Numbered from the stretch's first letter, positions 39,121 through 53,333 are shown. The stretch: DNA of 64,000 bases from Lama guanicoe (GCA_013239625.1 MU053758.1:496001-560000); one strand, 5' to 3'. The notes: generated by a model not told the origin, from the letters alone. Translations and numbers: made by a program.

Positions 39121-39827
39121 ATACTGAAGGGAAAAAACCCCACATTCTGTGAATCTGTCTCCTCAATCCAGACTAAATAACCTGTTATAAAAATAGCTTC
39201 AGAATTATAGAAAACTAGTCTTTAATTCACCTAATATACTACCTCAGGACCTTTGCACCAGTTGTCTGCTGCCAGGAACAGTCTTGCCTTCCACGTTTCT
39301 TCTAGATAACTCTTCATCTTGTCCTTCAGGTCTTAGTTTCAATAGCATGTCCTTATAGACAGGTTCCCTGAACCATCCTTCCAAATTATGTTCCTCCATT
39401 ATTCTCTATTCTAGCACTCAGTTCCTTCTTTTTTCAAGCACTTTATATGACTTTGTAATGAAATGTTGGCTTCTGTGTAAACTTGCTTAGCATCTATGTT
39501 CTCCCAGGATGGAAGTTTCATGAGGTTAGGAACTGTGTCTATTTTTGTTCAACAAAGGACCATTTTCAGCAGGGTGGACAGATAAAAGATTAAAGATTAA
39601 TATTTATCCAAAACTAAGAGCTCTCACTAAGTGACAATGAAAAGATCAATGCTTAAAATGAGCTTAGGTTTCAAATAGGTAATTTGAAGAAGAGCCATAA
39701 TCAATCATACGAAAAGATGACCAACCAACCTTTGAACAAACTTGTACTCTCCCATCATATGCACAAATAAACTCAGGGATATTAAAGGCTTCATTTAAAA
39801 AAATTAAGAAAAATAACATTTAGGTGT

Positions 39828-40398
39828 TGTGATAGAAAGAATAATGGTCCCCAAAGATGTCCACACCCTAGTTCCTAGAACCTATTAACATGTCACCTTA
39901 CACAGCAAAAGGACTTCACAGATATGATTAAGGACTTTGAGATGGGGGGATTATCCTGTATTATCCAGGAAGGACCAAGCTAATCACACGGTTCTTTAAA
40001 ATTGAAGAAACTTTCCTGGCTGAATCAGAGAGATGAGACCAGAGAAGAAGGAAAAGAAATTTGAACATTAAAAGGACTTAAAAGGCCATTGATGGCTTTG
40101 AAGCTGGAAAAAGGAGAGTGGCAAGAAGTGTGAGTGACCTCTGGAAGCTGAGAACAGCCCTTGACTGACAACCAGCAAGGAAATGGAGGTCCTGCAGTAT
40201 AAGAAACTGAATTCTGCCAACAACTCGAATGAGCAAAGAAACAGATTCTCCCCTCAAGCCTCCAGAAAGGGATGCAGTCCTTCCAATGAATGTTTTGATT
40301 TCAATCCAATGAAACCTGTGTGTGTCACTTCTGACCTACAAATTGTAAGATCACATCTTTGTAATAGTTTTTTATAGTAGCAATAGAAAACTAATACA
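39828..40398 (+). mobile_element. MLT1-family (MaLR) solo LTR
   Basis: TGTGATAGAAAGAATAATGGTCCCCAAAGATGTCCAC start and GCAATAGAAAACTAATACA end. Confidence 0.88.
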
Positions 40399-40494
40399 TG
40401 TGTCTGTAGGAATACCTCGTGGAGCGGGGAGAACTTTCTAAATAAAGCAAGATATCCCAAATTTCCATTTAAAAAGCTAAGCAGCTCTGATCTT

Positions 40495-40690
40495 TTTCTT
40501 TATTTTCTTTCTTTATTTTCTTAATTTTCTTTATTTTAGTTTTATTTTTTGAGGGGAAGGAGGCAGTTAGGTTTATTTATTTATTTATTCATTCATTTAT
40601 TATTTTTTAATTGGAGATACTGGGGATCAATCCCAGGACCTCCTGCATGCTAAGCAGGCACTCTATACCACTGAGCTATACCCTCCTTCC
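40495..40690 (-). mobile_element. Vic-1-like SINE with long T-rich tail and TSD
   Basis: Flanked by AAGCAGCTCTGATCTT (40479-40494) and AAGCAGCCCTGATCTT (40691-40706). Confidence 0.88.
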
Positions 40691-41122
40691 AAGCAGCCCT
40701 GATCTTATTTTAAAAACATACGGAAATTTTATCATAAACCAAGTCAAAAATAAGTTGGAGGAAATATTTGCAATGCAAGTAACTTATAAAAGGTCGATAA
40801 CAATTACACACAGGATATTTTGTAAATTTCTAAAATATTCAGTACAAAAAGGGGAAATGTTTTTAAAAAGAATCTATACAAAGAACACATCCAAAAGGTC
40901 AATAGATAAATGAAAAGAGGGCTAGCCTCACCAATATTCAGTTAAGGCAAAAAAAGTAAAGAGAGAGAACTTTTCTCTATTACATTGGCATTTAATAAAG
41001 GATAAAAACAGTACTGGTGGAAATGAGAGTTACTGTGGCTTTTAAAGAAAGTTGTCCAGCAACAGCTATTAAAATATACATACCCTTTGACCAGCTCCTA
41101 AAAGCTAGCTGGCTGCAAAGGT

Positions 41123-41129
41123 GTATATA

Positions 41130-41161
<32 letters not shown>

Positions 41162-41185
41162 CACACACACACACACATACACATA
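41123..41185. repeat. Compound (TA)n(CA)n microsatellite
   Basis: Seen directly. Confidence 0.95.
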
Positions 41186-41744
41186 CTGTTGCTATTTCAT
41201 TAAAAACAGACAAATAAGCAAAGAAAGAAAAGTTCTGTGTCTATGTGTCTGTTTTTGTTTGTAAAAGCAAGAGAGAAAGGTCTGGAAAATTACACCAGGC
41301 TGTTAACATTGATGACCTCTGAGGAGTGAAGATGATTAGCTTTATTTTTATTCACCCTTTATGGGTCTTGTTTTGTTTTATTTCTACTTGTTACAATGTT
41401 AATTTGTATCATTATAAATTCCAAATTTTATATAATTTGGGGGAAAACACAAGTGAAGGATAGTTTGAAACACACATGTAAGCTTTAAAAAGGCATAATG
41501 CTTGACTCATAAATCCGTGTTGAAGAGTAAGTGTATTTTAAATGAATGGAAAACTCCCCTCTGTTGCTCCCACTCAGGTAAGGGCTCTCCACAGGGTCCC
41601 TGGGCCTGTGTCCTGACAATTTGCGAGATAGCTTCTGGCCTCCTCTCGGTCTTCCTTTCTAGAATATGTGCTCTCTGACTGCAGGACCTGCCTAAGTCCT
41701 AGTCACCACTGTACTTAGCAGTTAATGATTTCTGAACGAATCAC

Positions 41745-43462
41745 AGAGGAAGATACCTAAACTGCCAATAAACATACGGAAAAGTGTTCAACCTCACTAA
41801 TCTTCAAAGAAATGCACATTAAAATCACAATGAAATATCATCTCATACCCATTAGGATGACTGCTATTTAAAACAAAACAAACAACAAGTTTATACTGTA
41901 TAGCACAGGGAACTATATTCAGTATCTTGTAATAACTTATGGTGAAAAAGAACCTGAAAACAAATATATGTATGTTCCTATATGACTGAAGTATTGTGCT
42001 ATATACCAGAAATTGACACAACATAGTAAACTGACTATACTTCAATAAAAGTATAAAATTAAAACAGAAACAAAAACAAAACAAAACAAAACAGGAAATA
42101 ACAAGTGTTGGTGAGGATGTGGAAAAATTAAAATCCCGTGCACTGTTGGTGGGAATATAAAATGGTGCAGCCACTATGGACAACAGAATAGAGGTTCCTC
42201 AAAAAATTGAAAGTAGAACTACCCAGCAATGTCATTTCTGGGTATAAACACAAAAAAATTGAAAAGCAGGATCGTGAAGAGATATTTGCATACCCATATT
42301 CATTGCAGCGTGAATCACAATAGTCAAGAGGTTGAAGAAAACCAAATGTCCATTGACAGATGAATAAATGAAGACAATGTGGTATATACATACAATGGGA
42401 TATTATTCAGCTTTTAAAAATAAAGAAACACTATCACATGCTGCAATACGAACGGAACTTGAGGATATTATGCTAAGCAAAATACGACAGTCACAAAAAA
42501 CACTTACTGTATGATTCCTTATATTATTATCTAAAGCAGCCATATTCATAGAAACAGAAAGTAGGATGGTAGAAGAGGAGGAAAGGTAGAGCCGTTGTTC
42601 AATGGATGTACAGTTTCAGTTTTGCAAGATGAAAAAGTTCTGGAGATCTGTCGCACAACAATGTGGATATAGTTAACTACTGAACTGTACACTTAAGATA
42701 ATAAATTTTACGTTATTTGTTTTTACCACTTTTAAAAAATACATGTACGCATGTGAACCCACTGCAACATCATTATAAACTCACCAGAATAACTAAAGGG
42801 AGCGAGATAGATAATGCCAGGTGTTGGGTATTGGAAAGGTTATGGATTTCTCGTACATTGCTTGTGGAAGTGTAAATTAGTCAATCACTTTGGAAAAGTG
42901 TTAGTATCTAGCAAAGAGAAAGAGATCCCTATCCTATGACCCAGCATTTCCATTTCTGAGTCTCTAAGTGCAAGTGTCCATCAAAAAACATGGGCACAAA
43001 TGCTCATAGTAGCTTTTTCATAATAGCCCAAACTGGAAACAACACGAATGTCCACCAGGAGAAGAATGGATAAATATATTAGTATATATTCCTACAATGG
43101 AATATGACATTAAATGGAATAAGGCCATAAAATAGAATGAACTACTGTTATACACAGCAACATGGATAAGTCGCACACACACAATATTGAGCAGATGAAG
43201 CCAAACACCAAATAGTACAGATCATGACTTCATATATGTGAAGTTCAAGGACGGAAAAAACTAATTTATGGTGATAGAAGACAGAATTATGATTACTTCT
43301 GGGGGGTATGGACTAGAAGGTTATTGATTGGAAGGCATTATAAGGATAGGCTGGGAATATCTTGACGTAGGTGCACATGGGTAAATATGCAAAAATACAT
43401 TGAGCCACACACTTAACATTAGTGCCTTTTGCTGCGTGTATACTATACACCAATAAAAAGTA
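41745..43462 (+). mobile_element. Stacked L1 3'-end fragments, including a younger nested L1 3' end at ~41885-42060
   Basis: ACAAGTGTTGGTGAGGATGTGGA...AATGGTGCAGCCACTATGGA. Nested ATACTGTATAGCACAGGGAACTATATTC...CTGACTATACTTCAATAAAA. A second, older 3' end spans 42760-43460. Confidence 0.88.
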
Positions 43463-44249
43463 CAGAAAATAGACTCATTCATGGAAGCACATTTTAATTT
43501 TAGCATAATTCTGTATTCATGTTTAAGTGGCTATAGAATAAAATCACCGTTTGGATGCCTTTTTCTCTCAGCAGTGTAAGCTCATCAGAACCTGCAAACC
43601 AGTGGAGGACGCAGAGGCAAAACATAAATTATCCAACCTGCTCCCCCATTTCACAGGGGAAACAAACAGAGTCCAAGGGGGGCTGATCTGAGGGAAAGGC
43701 TGAAGTTCCACAGTAAGTTAGTGGCAGAGCCAGGCCTAGAAATGAGACCTGAGGCACAGCTTACCCCCTCCCCCAACCACTTGTCAGAAGGGGCTGTGTG
43801 ATGACTGAGTCTCCAGCCCCGTGCTAGCTGAGAAGGAAGTTTTCCAGTTTGAGGCCAGGCAAACAGGGCAATTCCTGGAGGCCAGCCAACTGGGAGTCAG
43901 GAAGGTGAGAACTGCGATAGTTTGTGGCAGTTTCACTGACGATAGGTTAAGCTGGGACTTCTATTTGAATCTGAGAGAAAAATAGAGAAGAGCTTGTGAT
44001 TTGGGGGTGATACTCTAGTAACCTGAAGGGGCAAAACACCGAGGGATCCCAAGAGCTGGGATGGAAAGTGAAACTTCTATGCTCTTCCTTTGACCTTGGC
44101 CAAGGTCATTCCCTCTGGACTCACCCCTCTTGTTCATTCAGTGGGGGAGAATCTCATTTAAGGTCCAGGGAACAGAAGAAAGGAGGCTGGTAGAAAGGGC
44201 AGCTCTCAGCCCGGTGCTGATCCCCAGGCGGGACCCAGCCCCAGGGAGG

Positions 44250-44628
44250 CAGAGCAGCAGGAGGGGTGCACGGGAAGCCGCCCAGGTCGCTGCAAGGAGC
44301 CACAGAAGGGTTGCGGCTCGTTGAGGGACTGGACGGGGGCGGGGGGACGGAGGAGGAGTCCTCTGCTGGAATCTGTCGCCTCCAGCCGAGGGTCAGGGCG
44401 CCCCCTCCTCTTCTCAGACTCGTCCGGCCTCGCCCCTCCCTCTCACATTCCCAACTCCCAAAGACAACTTGTCGCTTACTTCAGAAGCCCGGGGCTTCTT
44501 TCTGTCCCCCAGACTCTGCTTTCTCCCACTTCTTTTGTCTATTTCTGTGTTTGACGGCTTCTCTGGGAGGCGTTCCTCGTATCCTCTTTCCTCTTGTCTG
44601 TTATCCGCACCCCCACCCCTGCCTTTGC

Positions 44629-44663
<35 letters not shown>

Positions 44664-45580
44664 TCACACACCCTCTCTTCTCTCTGCCGGCCATCTCGGC
44701 GCCTTTCCTCCCTGGCTCTGGCCTTCCAGAAGCGGGCCAGGCCCTTTCTGGGAACCGCCGCACGGCGATCCGACGGCGCCCCAGGGAGGGGGCAGGTGAG
44801 ACTGGAGAAAGCTCCGCCTGAGCAGCCCCGGAGGAAGGTGGCGCCCGCGCGGATCCGCCGCCCAGGCCCTGTTCTCGCCCCACGCATGTTGGCGCCAGGG
44901 GGACGAGAACGCACGAGTCCCTTCGCGCCCCCGCGCCGTCGGCGCCGCCGCCCGAGACCTAGACGCTGGGCCCAGAGCCCTCCCAGGGCGGGGGCGGGGA
45001 CGGCGACCCGCCGCCGCCCAGCTCCTGGCCTCGGCGCCGTCACCTCCGTCCTTAAGCTCCGTGGTGCCCAAAGCCCGGGGTTCCTGCAGCCTAGGAAGAT
45101 GCGCGGAGGACGGCGCGGTCCGGAGAGGTAGGTAGACACTCCCTGTCTCCCCCCAGCAGCTGGGGGCCGCGACCACGTAGCTCAGAGCGGCGGCGTGGAA
45201 GACTCCTCTGGGACTGGGCAGTCCCCGGGCCGCACTCAGCGCTGAGCGGCCACGGCAGGCTTGGGCCACGCGGGGCCGCCAGCTAACCTTGAGCTCCAGA
45301 CCGATCCAGCCTCCAGGTGGGGCCTGGGGCGTCCTCGCAACGCCTGGCGCCCAACCCCCGCCGGCTCCCACCGGACTCTCCTAGCGAAGGTGTCGGGGGC
45401 AAAGGTTCGCCTCCCATCCTTCCCGCGCAACTCTGGCTCCTGGGAGCCCGGTGCTGCGTGCAGCCTAAGGCCCTCTTCGCTGGTCTCCCGGCTTACAGCC
45501 TCGTATTCCAAGCGGACATAGCCAGAGTCAGGGGCCGGTGGCTCTGAGCGGCCTCGTGGGTGGGGGCCGCTTGGAAAGGG
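44250..45580. promoter_or_regulatory. Orphan CpG island
   Basis: Very high GC and CpG density with no recognisable protein. (CT)n(CA)n at 44628-44670. Donor-like AG|GTGAGA (~44795) and AG|GTAGGT (~45127). Confidence 0.7.
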
Positions 45581-48500
45581 ACAATGGTTATTCTTTCTCC
45601 GTGGAAATTAGAAATTGGCCTGGAACTCTGGGTCCAGACGGGAACTCTCAGGCCCCCAAGGTGCAGAATCAGCTCTCTCTAGCAGCCCCCTGGAAGGCAT
45701 GGAGGGAGAATGCTTGGGGAGAGTCTCTTGCTTCTGATCGCCTTTCCATGCAGCAAGGGGACCTAGGTTTCCTTGCCCTTTGGACGGTGCTGAGGCTAGG
45801 TGGCCTCCTGCCTGGGAGAGCGTGAATCTGAATCTGAAGGGATGTCAGGCGCCGCCATCTTACTTGAAACACACTCACAAAATAATGCGTGTGCGTTTTT
45901 GTAGAAGGGCTTGTTTATGGGAGAGGGCAGAAGGCAGGGAAAGGATCTCAATCTGTATGGACTGGGTCATACAAAAATTACTCACCTTTGAAAAGGCACG
46001 TAGAGAGAAGCAGGCATACCGGGGCTGCATGGTAGGTACTGTGGTGTCTCGTAGGAATTAGTAAGCCTCAGGAGTCAGTGAGCCATCCTGTATCAGGGCA
46101 GTTGTGCCTCTTAGAGTGTTAAGCACCGTGTAAAGGTTGAGCATTTGTAAAAACATGCAAAAGAAACATGAAATTATGTTCTCCCAATTGTGCTCCGTAA
46201 TAAAGGTAGCAGGCAGGAAATTAATATTTTCACCTATATATTCTCTCCTTCCAAAGTAGAAGAGTACGTGGTATATCTCACATATTCCACATATGCTAAA
46301 TTTGGGGGGGAAAGGCACAGAACTGTACTTTTCAGTATCAGTAGAAGTATAAAGACTCATGATTGAGAGGAGGTGTTCTCACAGAGAAAATTCACATTTC
46401 TCAGTGTACTTCCCCAACCCTTGGAAGAAGAAAGTCTGAGGCTTTTCCTGATATGATCTTCTCTCCAAATCCCCTTTTGAAGCTGCAGTTCCTCCCTTTT
46501 CATAGACTCTGGAGCACTTGACTCCAAGTCCAGAGAGGCCTCCTCACTCCCCTGGCCCAGAGAGGATGAAGGCTCTTTCCACTTCCAACTATATCACCCA
46601 GGCTCCCTAGGAGGCAAGTTGCCTGCAGCTGTCTGCCAGGGTTTAGAACCACCACCCCAACACACACATGCACCATACCCATGCACACTGTCCCAGAATA
46701 AGTGCAAGGAAGAGCTTTACTAGTCCCAGGCAAGGCACTGTAGGAGACCTCAATGCCCTTAAGAAGAGCCCCTCTCTCTTCCACACCACAACTGGGGAGA
46801 CCCAGATCCCCCCAGCAGATGGTTGGTAGTCCTGCCTTCTTGCTGCCTTCAGAGGCACTGACCCCATGACTCAGTCACCTGAGAACTTAGTCTCCCACCC
46901 ACTCTGCCTCCAGCTTTTCTTCCTGGACTGATTAAAACAAGCATCAAGCTTCAAATGCTGTTGGATTCAATGGGAGTTTGAATATTTTAATCTATTGGAA
47001 CCTCTCCTTCGTCCCCCTCCCTCACACTCTCTTACTCTTGGATTTTGCCTTCCCTTTCTCCACAAACACAGAAAGACAAGAAATCCATGACTTTTCTGGG
47101 CTGGGAGGGAAGGGACAGAGAGAAAAGAAGGAATATTTGGCCCATCTAGGCAGCACCCAGAACTGTGATCTGAAGCACCAAGCCATCATAGTAGACCCTG
47201 TCCTCCGGTGCTTAGAGGTTATTTGATCCCACAATCCCCCCTTGCCCTAAGATCCAGTGACACCATTTTTTCTTAAGAGGAACTAAAGATTTGGGGCTTC
47301 TGCAGTTTTCAAAAAAAAAAAAAAGAAGAAGAAGAAGAAGAAAAAATTGCTGTAGTTATTTGTGACCAGATGTGGAGGGAGCAAGCATGGGCTCACAGAG
47401 CAATGAGGACTGAGCCTTGGCAAGGGCAGGCTTGGCCCCTGGACTGTTCACCAGGTGGAAGTGAGATCAGAGGAATAGAGGTCCAGATCCCTCTCTTGCC
47501 TGGCTGCCCTTTGGGCCCCAGTGCCCGGAAATCAGGAATGACTGAAGGAAAACAAACAAACAACAACAAAAAAAAACCCCTGAAAACATCCAAACTTGTA
47601 ATCCATTTAGACTCCCAGACCCATCCTGAAAGCAGTAGAGAAAATCTGTCCCCTTGACTGATTTGCAACTTCTCATACTTCATTTTGGCAATATGGGGAT
47701 GGGTCAGCTAGAGGGTTCAGATCTTGAGGTCCAGAGCTCAGTGTCCAGGGAGCTAGATTGCAGGGGGGGTGTCCTCACCGCATGCCCCCCTTGCTTCCTT
47801 CTCCTCCCAGAGCTTCTCAGAAGGTGACTAGAGCTCTTTTGTACAGGCATGAAATTCTACAATTTCGGAGGATTCCAGATTCCTTGAATGTCAGGTCAAG
47901 AACTCCTATTTGGATTGATCAGAGGAGTTTGTATCTGGAAAATGCTGAGACCAAATATGGTCGTTAATGTAGGTCTTCACTTTTTTCCATTTAGCTAATT
48001 CCTTGGTGCTTACCAAGTGGACCTCCTGTGAAAGCACCCAGGCAACAGTTCCTCTCCCATCACTGTCTATTAAGAGAGGAGTGAAAGCCAGTGGGGCCTG
48101 AAAATCGGGCCAAATCTCAATGCCTTCTTCCTCAGGATGATGTCAGAGTAGCTAACCTTGGCCCACATTCCATCTTTCCCTTACCTTCTTCTGTCCCCTC
48201 CTCAGCCCCAGTTATAGGAATAACAGCCTTTATCTTGCAGGGATAATTAAGGCTAAAGCATCCCTACCCCATCCCATTGCCCATCTTGGGGCAACTCTGA
48301 GTCGCCTCCTCCTCAGCCCTCCACTATTCAAGTACTGGGGCTGAATAAAGGCTGAATCTTGACAAGAGTGGAGGTGAAGGCTTAGTCTGAAATAGCCTGG
48401 ATATTAAGTAATAATGATGAGAAAAATGACTATGAACTCCTGAGCCTCCATCATCTGGAAAAGTTCCTCCTTAAGCTATGGGCAAAACCCTCATCCCAGC

Positions 48501-48699
48501 CAGACTCTGGACTAGTCAGAATGCCCAAAGATCTTTTGTGGAGACGGAAGTCAATAGCCAGGGACATCCTTTAAAACAATAAAAAGGGAGAGGGTCCAAA
48601 TTTCTACTCAGTAAACCTCTTACCTCTTTCTCAGTCCATTGGCTCTTTGGCCCTGGGGACCCAGGCTCCTGGGTTCCTAGGTAGACCGTCGGGAATGAG

Positions 48700-49980
48700 G
48701 CTCCTTTGGGGGTTGAGATGTCCCTGCCTTGTGGCTCCTGCCGCGATTCCTGGGAGAGACCGTGTCACTGCCTTGGGACCAGATCTTCTGGGTGTTTACC
48801 GGTGGTTGAAGAAGTCGTGGTGAGGGGTTTGGGACTGCTGCACCCCTCTGCCCCAGACTCGGGACGTGCTTGGGACTGCGCGGAACACACCAAGTCCTGT
48901 CTAGGGGTCCCTTGCGCTGGGCCAGCGCAGCAGCCCCCGATGGCGCGCACCCCGCGATGCTTGGCTGGGGATCAGCACCTTCGCCTCCGGGCTGGGCACG
49001 GAGTGAAGACTTCAGTGCAAGGCGTTGGGCTTCTGAGGGGAGGAGGGCAAGAAGGTCTCCAGGCTGGGAGTTGGCCGGCCGGGCCCGAGCCGCAGCGTTG
49101 GCGTCCGGAGAAGGGTCTGGGTCACCTCGGGACTCCGCGCGCCTCCAGCCGCATCGCCGACAGCTCAGGCGCAGATTGGCGCAGCAAGGGTGGGATACGG
49201 AAGCCTGAGAGGGCCTCGCGCCAACCCCTGGCCCTCCGGAGGCGAGAGTCGGCTGAGGAATTAGAAAGGAGGCTTTCAAAACCGGCCGAGGTGTCCGGAA
49301 GGCGCAAGTTAAGAGGCGAAGGGAGGTCGCAGTTACAAGGTGCCTCTACCTCGCACACAGCAACGCCGGGGACCTGTAGACGCGCAGCCTCTGCTGTCTA
49401 ATGGAAAGAGGTGGGGTGGGATGGGGGCTTCGTCCAGCCGCCAGCGCGGGGAGCCCCTCGCCCCAAGCGGGATGTCGGCGCGCATGGGCCGGCAGAGGCT
49501 GGGGCGGGGCGCCCTTTCCGAGGTAGCGTCGTCTTCTCGCTTTTCTGCTCCGAGGGGCAGTGGGTCCTACTCTCTGGGTCTCAGCGCTCGGCTGCCCCCC
49601 AAGAACAGTTCATTTGCTCCCTCCGGGCCACTGGCGCCACTTGCCCCCATTTCCCGGCCCTGGATTCCCCCTCCTCAAGCCCTTCCTCCCCACAATTAAC
49701 AAACGAACTGGAGAAACCCGCCGGGTCCCAGCGGAGGGCACCTCTCTCCTCCCGAATCGGCTAATTAATTAATCAGAGCCTTAAGGAGACTTAGGGTTGT
49801 AAATGGCGGTTTAGACCGAGGGGGCGCTGACGAGGTCATTAGCCTCCCGGTAGAGACGGGAAGGGAGACGCGCCTGGCCGCCTCTGCCGCCCCCCTGGGC
49901 CCTTCTCAACACGCGGGTTTCGGTCGCTCCACCTGCCCGCCTCGCTCCAGCTCCCGCCTCCTGTCGGGCTGTTTCTCTTC
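48700..49980. promoter_or_regulatory. Orphan CpG island
   Basis: High CpG density. TAATTAATTAAT homeodomain-type core at 49762-49773 and CRE-like TGACGAGGTCA at ~49828-49838. Confidence 0.65.
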
Positions 49981-52944
49981 ATTCTTTGTCATTTTCACCT
50001 TCTCTCTGGACACCTTCAAGGGTCCCTTTGTGTCTGCTTGGATCTACCTGTCCTGCTGTCTCCCGTGCCCTTTTCCGCGCCCAGCCTGGGCTTAGAGAAC
50101 TTTAAGGTCATGGCGAGTGGCCCTGGTTGGCGGTCTCAGCTCTTGGGCCTCAGCTGCGGCACCGGAGGCCTGGCTGGAGCTGAGGGAGCTGGAGATCCGG
50201 GGAAATATTTCCCCTCCCCCACCCCATCCCCCCCAAAGCAAGGGCATTTGTGAGGGGAAAACCGATCCTGAAACTTTCGGTCCTCTTTCGGTATGGACCA
50301 TTTCGAAACAAGGCAGCAAATGGCTGGAGAAGATCCAGGCCTCAGTGGAGAAAAGCTCTATTTCATTTTTATTAGAGATGTGGAGACCTTGCACATTCCT
50401 CTACCCGGGTAAGGGTGCACCGGGTCAGACTGGGCGTGTTGGGCTGTCTTCTCTCAGTTCTGGATCCTCAACACCTGTGAGCAAGTGGCCCTTGTTCTGG
50501 GGAGGACCAAGTGACAATATCCATGCGACATTGTAATACACACAATTGTTCATCCGCTCTTTTGTCAGGGTACCCAAGTCTGTTTCGCTGCCTCCCTCAG
50601 CGTCACATTTGTGGTATTTGTATGTGAACAGTGAATGAAAGGTTCTTAACATTTTGGGGGTCACTCATTCATACTTTGAAACGGATGAAAGCTATTGATT
50701 TCCTCCTCCCCAGAAAAAAGAATGCACTTACGTGGTACTCACCAAATCCCACAGTTTCAGAGGGTTTCAGACCCTTTGAACCCCAAGTTAAGAACTCCTA
50801 CTTGGATCAATTAAAGAAGCTGGTGTCTGGAAAATGCTGAGACCAAATATAGTCAGTTAATGTTGGTCTTCATTTTTTCCCCTGTGGCTGATATCCTGGT
50901 GTTTAACTTTACAAACACCCATGCAGCGGTGTTCCTCTCCCCACCAGTACTGGTGGGGTCTGGGTTCCCAGTGCGAACTGGTCTTTCCTCCCTTCCTAGG
51001 ACCAGGAAGCTTGAAAAAAGTGGGAAGATCTTTGCTGGGGGAAAGCTGATCTTGAACTGGCCAGGAGTAGGACCAGCCCCGTTGGAGGGAAACAGGACTT
51101 GGGCAGCCTCCCAGGAAATCAAAAACACACTGGAACTTCTGGGAAGGTTATGCTATCTGGCAACAACCCCTTAGGTAATGCTGGCTGTGAGCCAGGCAAA
51201 TGGGGATCAAGCAATACAGTATTCTTTTGTGTTTGATCTACTATTCGGTTTCCTCAGATACCCCAGCTCTTTGTGGGGCTTAGCCAAGGTTAGAGGCTTG
51301 GGGGATACTGAACTCTGGGCTAAAAGGAGAGGACATTTGCTTCCAAACATTTTTGCAACCTTGTTAGTAGTAGTCAAACAGCAGGTGGCCCCTGGCGAGC
51401 CTGGGGGACCTCCTGGTTTCACACATCCTCAGTGCTGCGGCTTGTTTAGACTTAACTCTTTCTCCACAGCCTCGTAAATGCCTCCTGGCCTTCTCCTCAC
51501 TCCTTTAAGTTGACCAAGCTAGATCTCCCGGAAGAAAAGCCAGGCTTCTTTGGGGTCTGGAAAGTGAAGAAACTTCCTTCTTCTTGGACTATGTTCAGAC
51601 AAATTAGGGGAACTGGAAATTATGTTTTTACCACACCCTCCCTCCCCCAACATGCACTCCAAACCTACCTCCCGCCCCCGCTGGTCCTCAACTGCTTACA
51701 CATTTCAAGCAAATGTGACTAGGGGCAGGAAAGACCCCAACCCATTTCTGGTTGCCCCTCTCTGAGCTGGCACCCCCCAACACCTACCAGCCCCAGTTCT
51801 GGGCTGTAACAAGAAGCCCATGATTGGCTAATAGTATTCAGACCCCTGCCTGAAAATAAGAAGAAAAAATAAGCAATTTTCTGCTTGGGACAACTTAAAC
51901 TGAATAATTCTGGCTGTGAACACCTGACCTAAATTCTTTTAATCAGAGCAGAAGAAATGTATGCCCATTTGTTCCCTACTTTACTAATTAAAAAAAAAAG
52001 CTAATTGGTGTTCTCAGGAACTTCCGACTGAGGGTCAGGAGCCCGTAGTCATCTCTCCTCCCCTCCTCACGCCCCTACGCCCCACCCCTCCCCCCACAAG
52101 GCTATCCGCACCATGGAGTTGGCCTCTTTCTGACAGACAATGGGAGGGGCTGCCCTTAGACCATCTGGCTCCTCCCCTGCACCAGGACTTTGGCCCTGAA
52201 AAGGCAATACTGCCATTGGCCAGAAGTTCTGGCCCAGCAGGGTTATCCCCCTTCCCGGGCCTCTGGACTAGTTTCTGGGAGCAGAGGCTTCTCACTGGCT
52301 GCAAGCAAGTCAGCAGGGCTAACTGGTGGGGTGCAGCTCCCACTGGAGCCCCAGAGCTCAGCCCAGTGCTGGGCATACAGTAGACACTCAGGAAATGTTT
52401 ATTGAATGTGGAATGAAAGTTCCCACCAGGAAAAGTTCTGTGGCTTGGCTGGGGAGTCCCTGGAGCTCGTGCATGGAAAGCTACATGGAAATAAGCAAGG
52501 CCTGGTTTTTCTCAAGCATCTCTCAGATGTTCTGTTTTAATTTCAGCTCTCTGGGACCCCTATTTCTTTCCTACCCATTCTCTAAGGCAGACTCTTGATC
52601 ACTCCAGCAAAGGGAAAAGGCTCATTGAGAAGCTGGATGAGAATGTCCCACCACTCCCCAGACCTTTTCCCCACCAGATTCAGGTGCTTCAGGCTAAAGG
52701 GAGTTTGAACCTGAAATGAGCCAGATAATTGCCCCAATTCTCTGTTCATTGAAGAAGTAGTTACAGGCCAAGGGGTTCAAGGGGCCTTACTTTTATGGAC
52801 GTGGCTCTAATTCAAAAGAATACATTATACATATACAGGCTGAGATGCACACCCTCCAACCTAGACTGGTTCTCTGGGAACAAAGCAGGCTTCTTCCTCC
52901 ATCCCCTTTCCCCCTCCTCCACCTCAATTCTCCTCCCCCTAGTT

Positions 52945-53085
52945 CTTAATAGTTACTATTTACTAAGTGCTCCCTGTTCACCAGGCATTGTGCTAAATCC
53001 TAGACACGCTGTGCATTAATTAATCCTTACAACAACCCTCAGAGTTAGGATACCCAGATTTTACAGACGCAAAAACTAAGTTACT
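52945..53085 (-). mobile_element. MIR SINE fragment
   Basis: TATTTACTAAGTGCTCC...CCAGGCATTGTGCTAA...TAATCCTTACAACAACCCT...TTTTACAGA. Confidence 0.75.
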
Positions 53086-53333
53086 TTTCCAGGCATGAAG
53101 CCTGTGCATGTGTGCACGCGTGCGTGTGTGTGTGTGTATGTGTGTGTAAAATAATGTTGATATGATATGGGCAGATCTGAATGCTCAAGTGGCATAACAA
53201 GGATGGAAATAACTCGACAACGAAAAGATCAAGTTTTTGAAATTTAGAATGTTTTAATAAAATGCAGAGAGTTCCTCCTGCCTGAAAATGAACAAAGAAG
53301 TGATGCAATTAACTGGCTAATTCCGAGCCCCAA

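Noticed and set aside
44266..45547. Many overlapping 100-235 aa ORFs on both strands
   Set aside because: Low-complexity R/P/G/A-rich frames expected from stop-codon scarcity in a CpG island; no domain recognised.
49250..49400. EELERRLSKPAEVSGRRKL as a possible HOXB11/12 homeobox relic
   Set aside because: Only ELE and two leucines fit. There is no RxPY arm, no WF-equivalent, and no acceptor at the right distance. Compatible with chance in GC-rich DNA.
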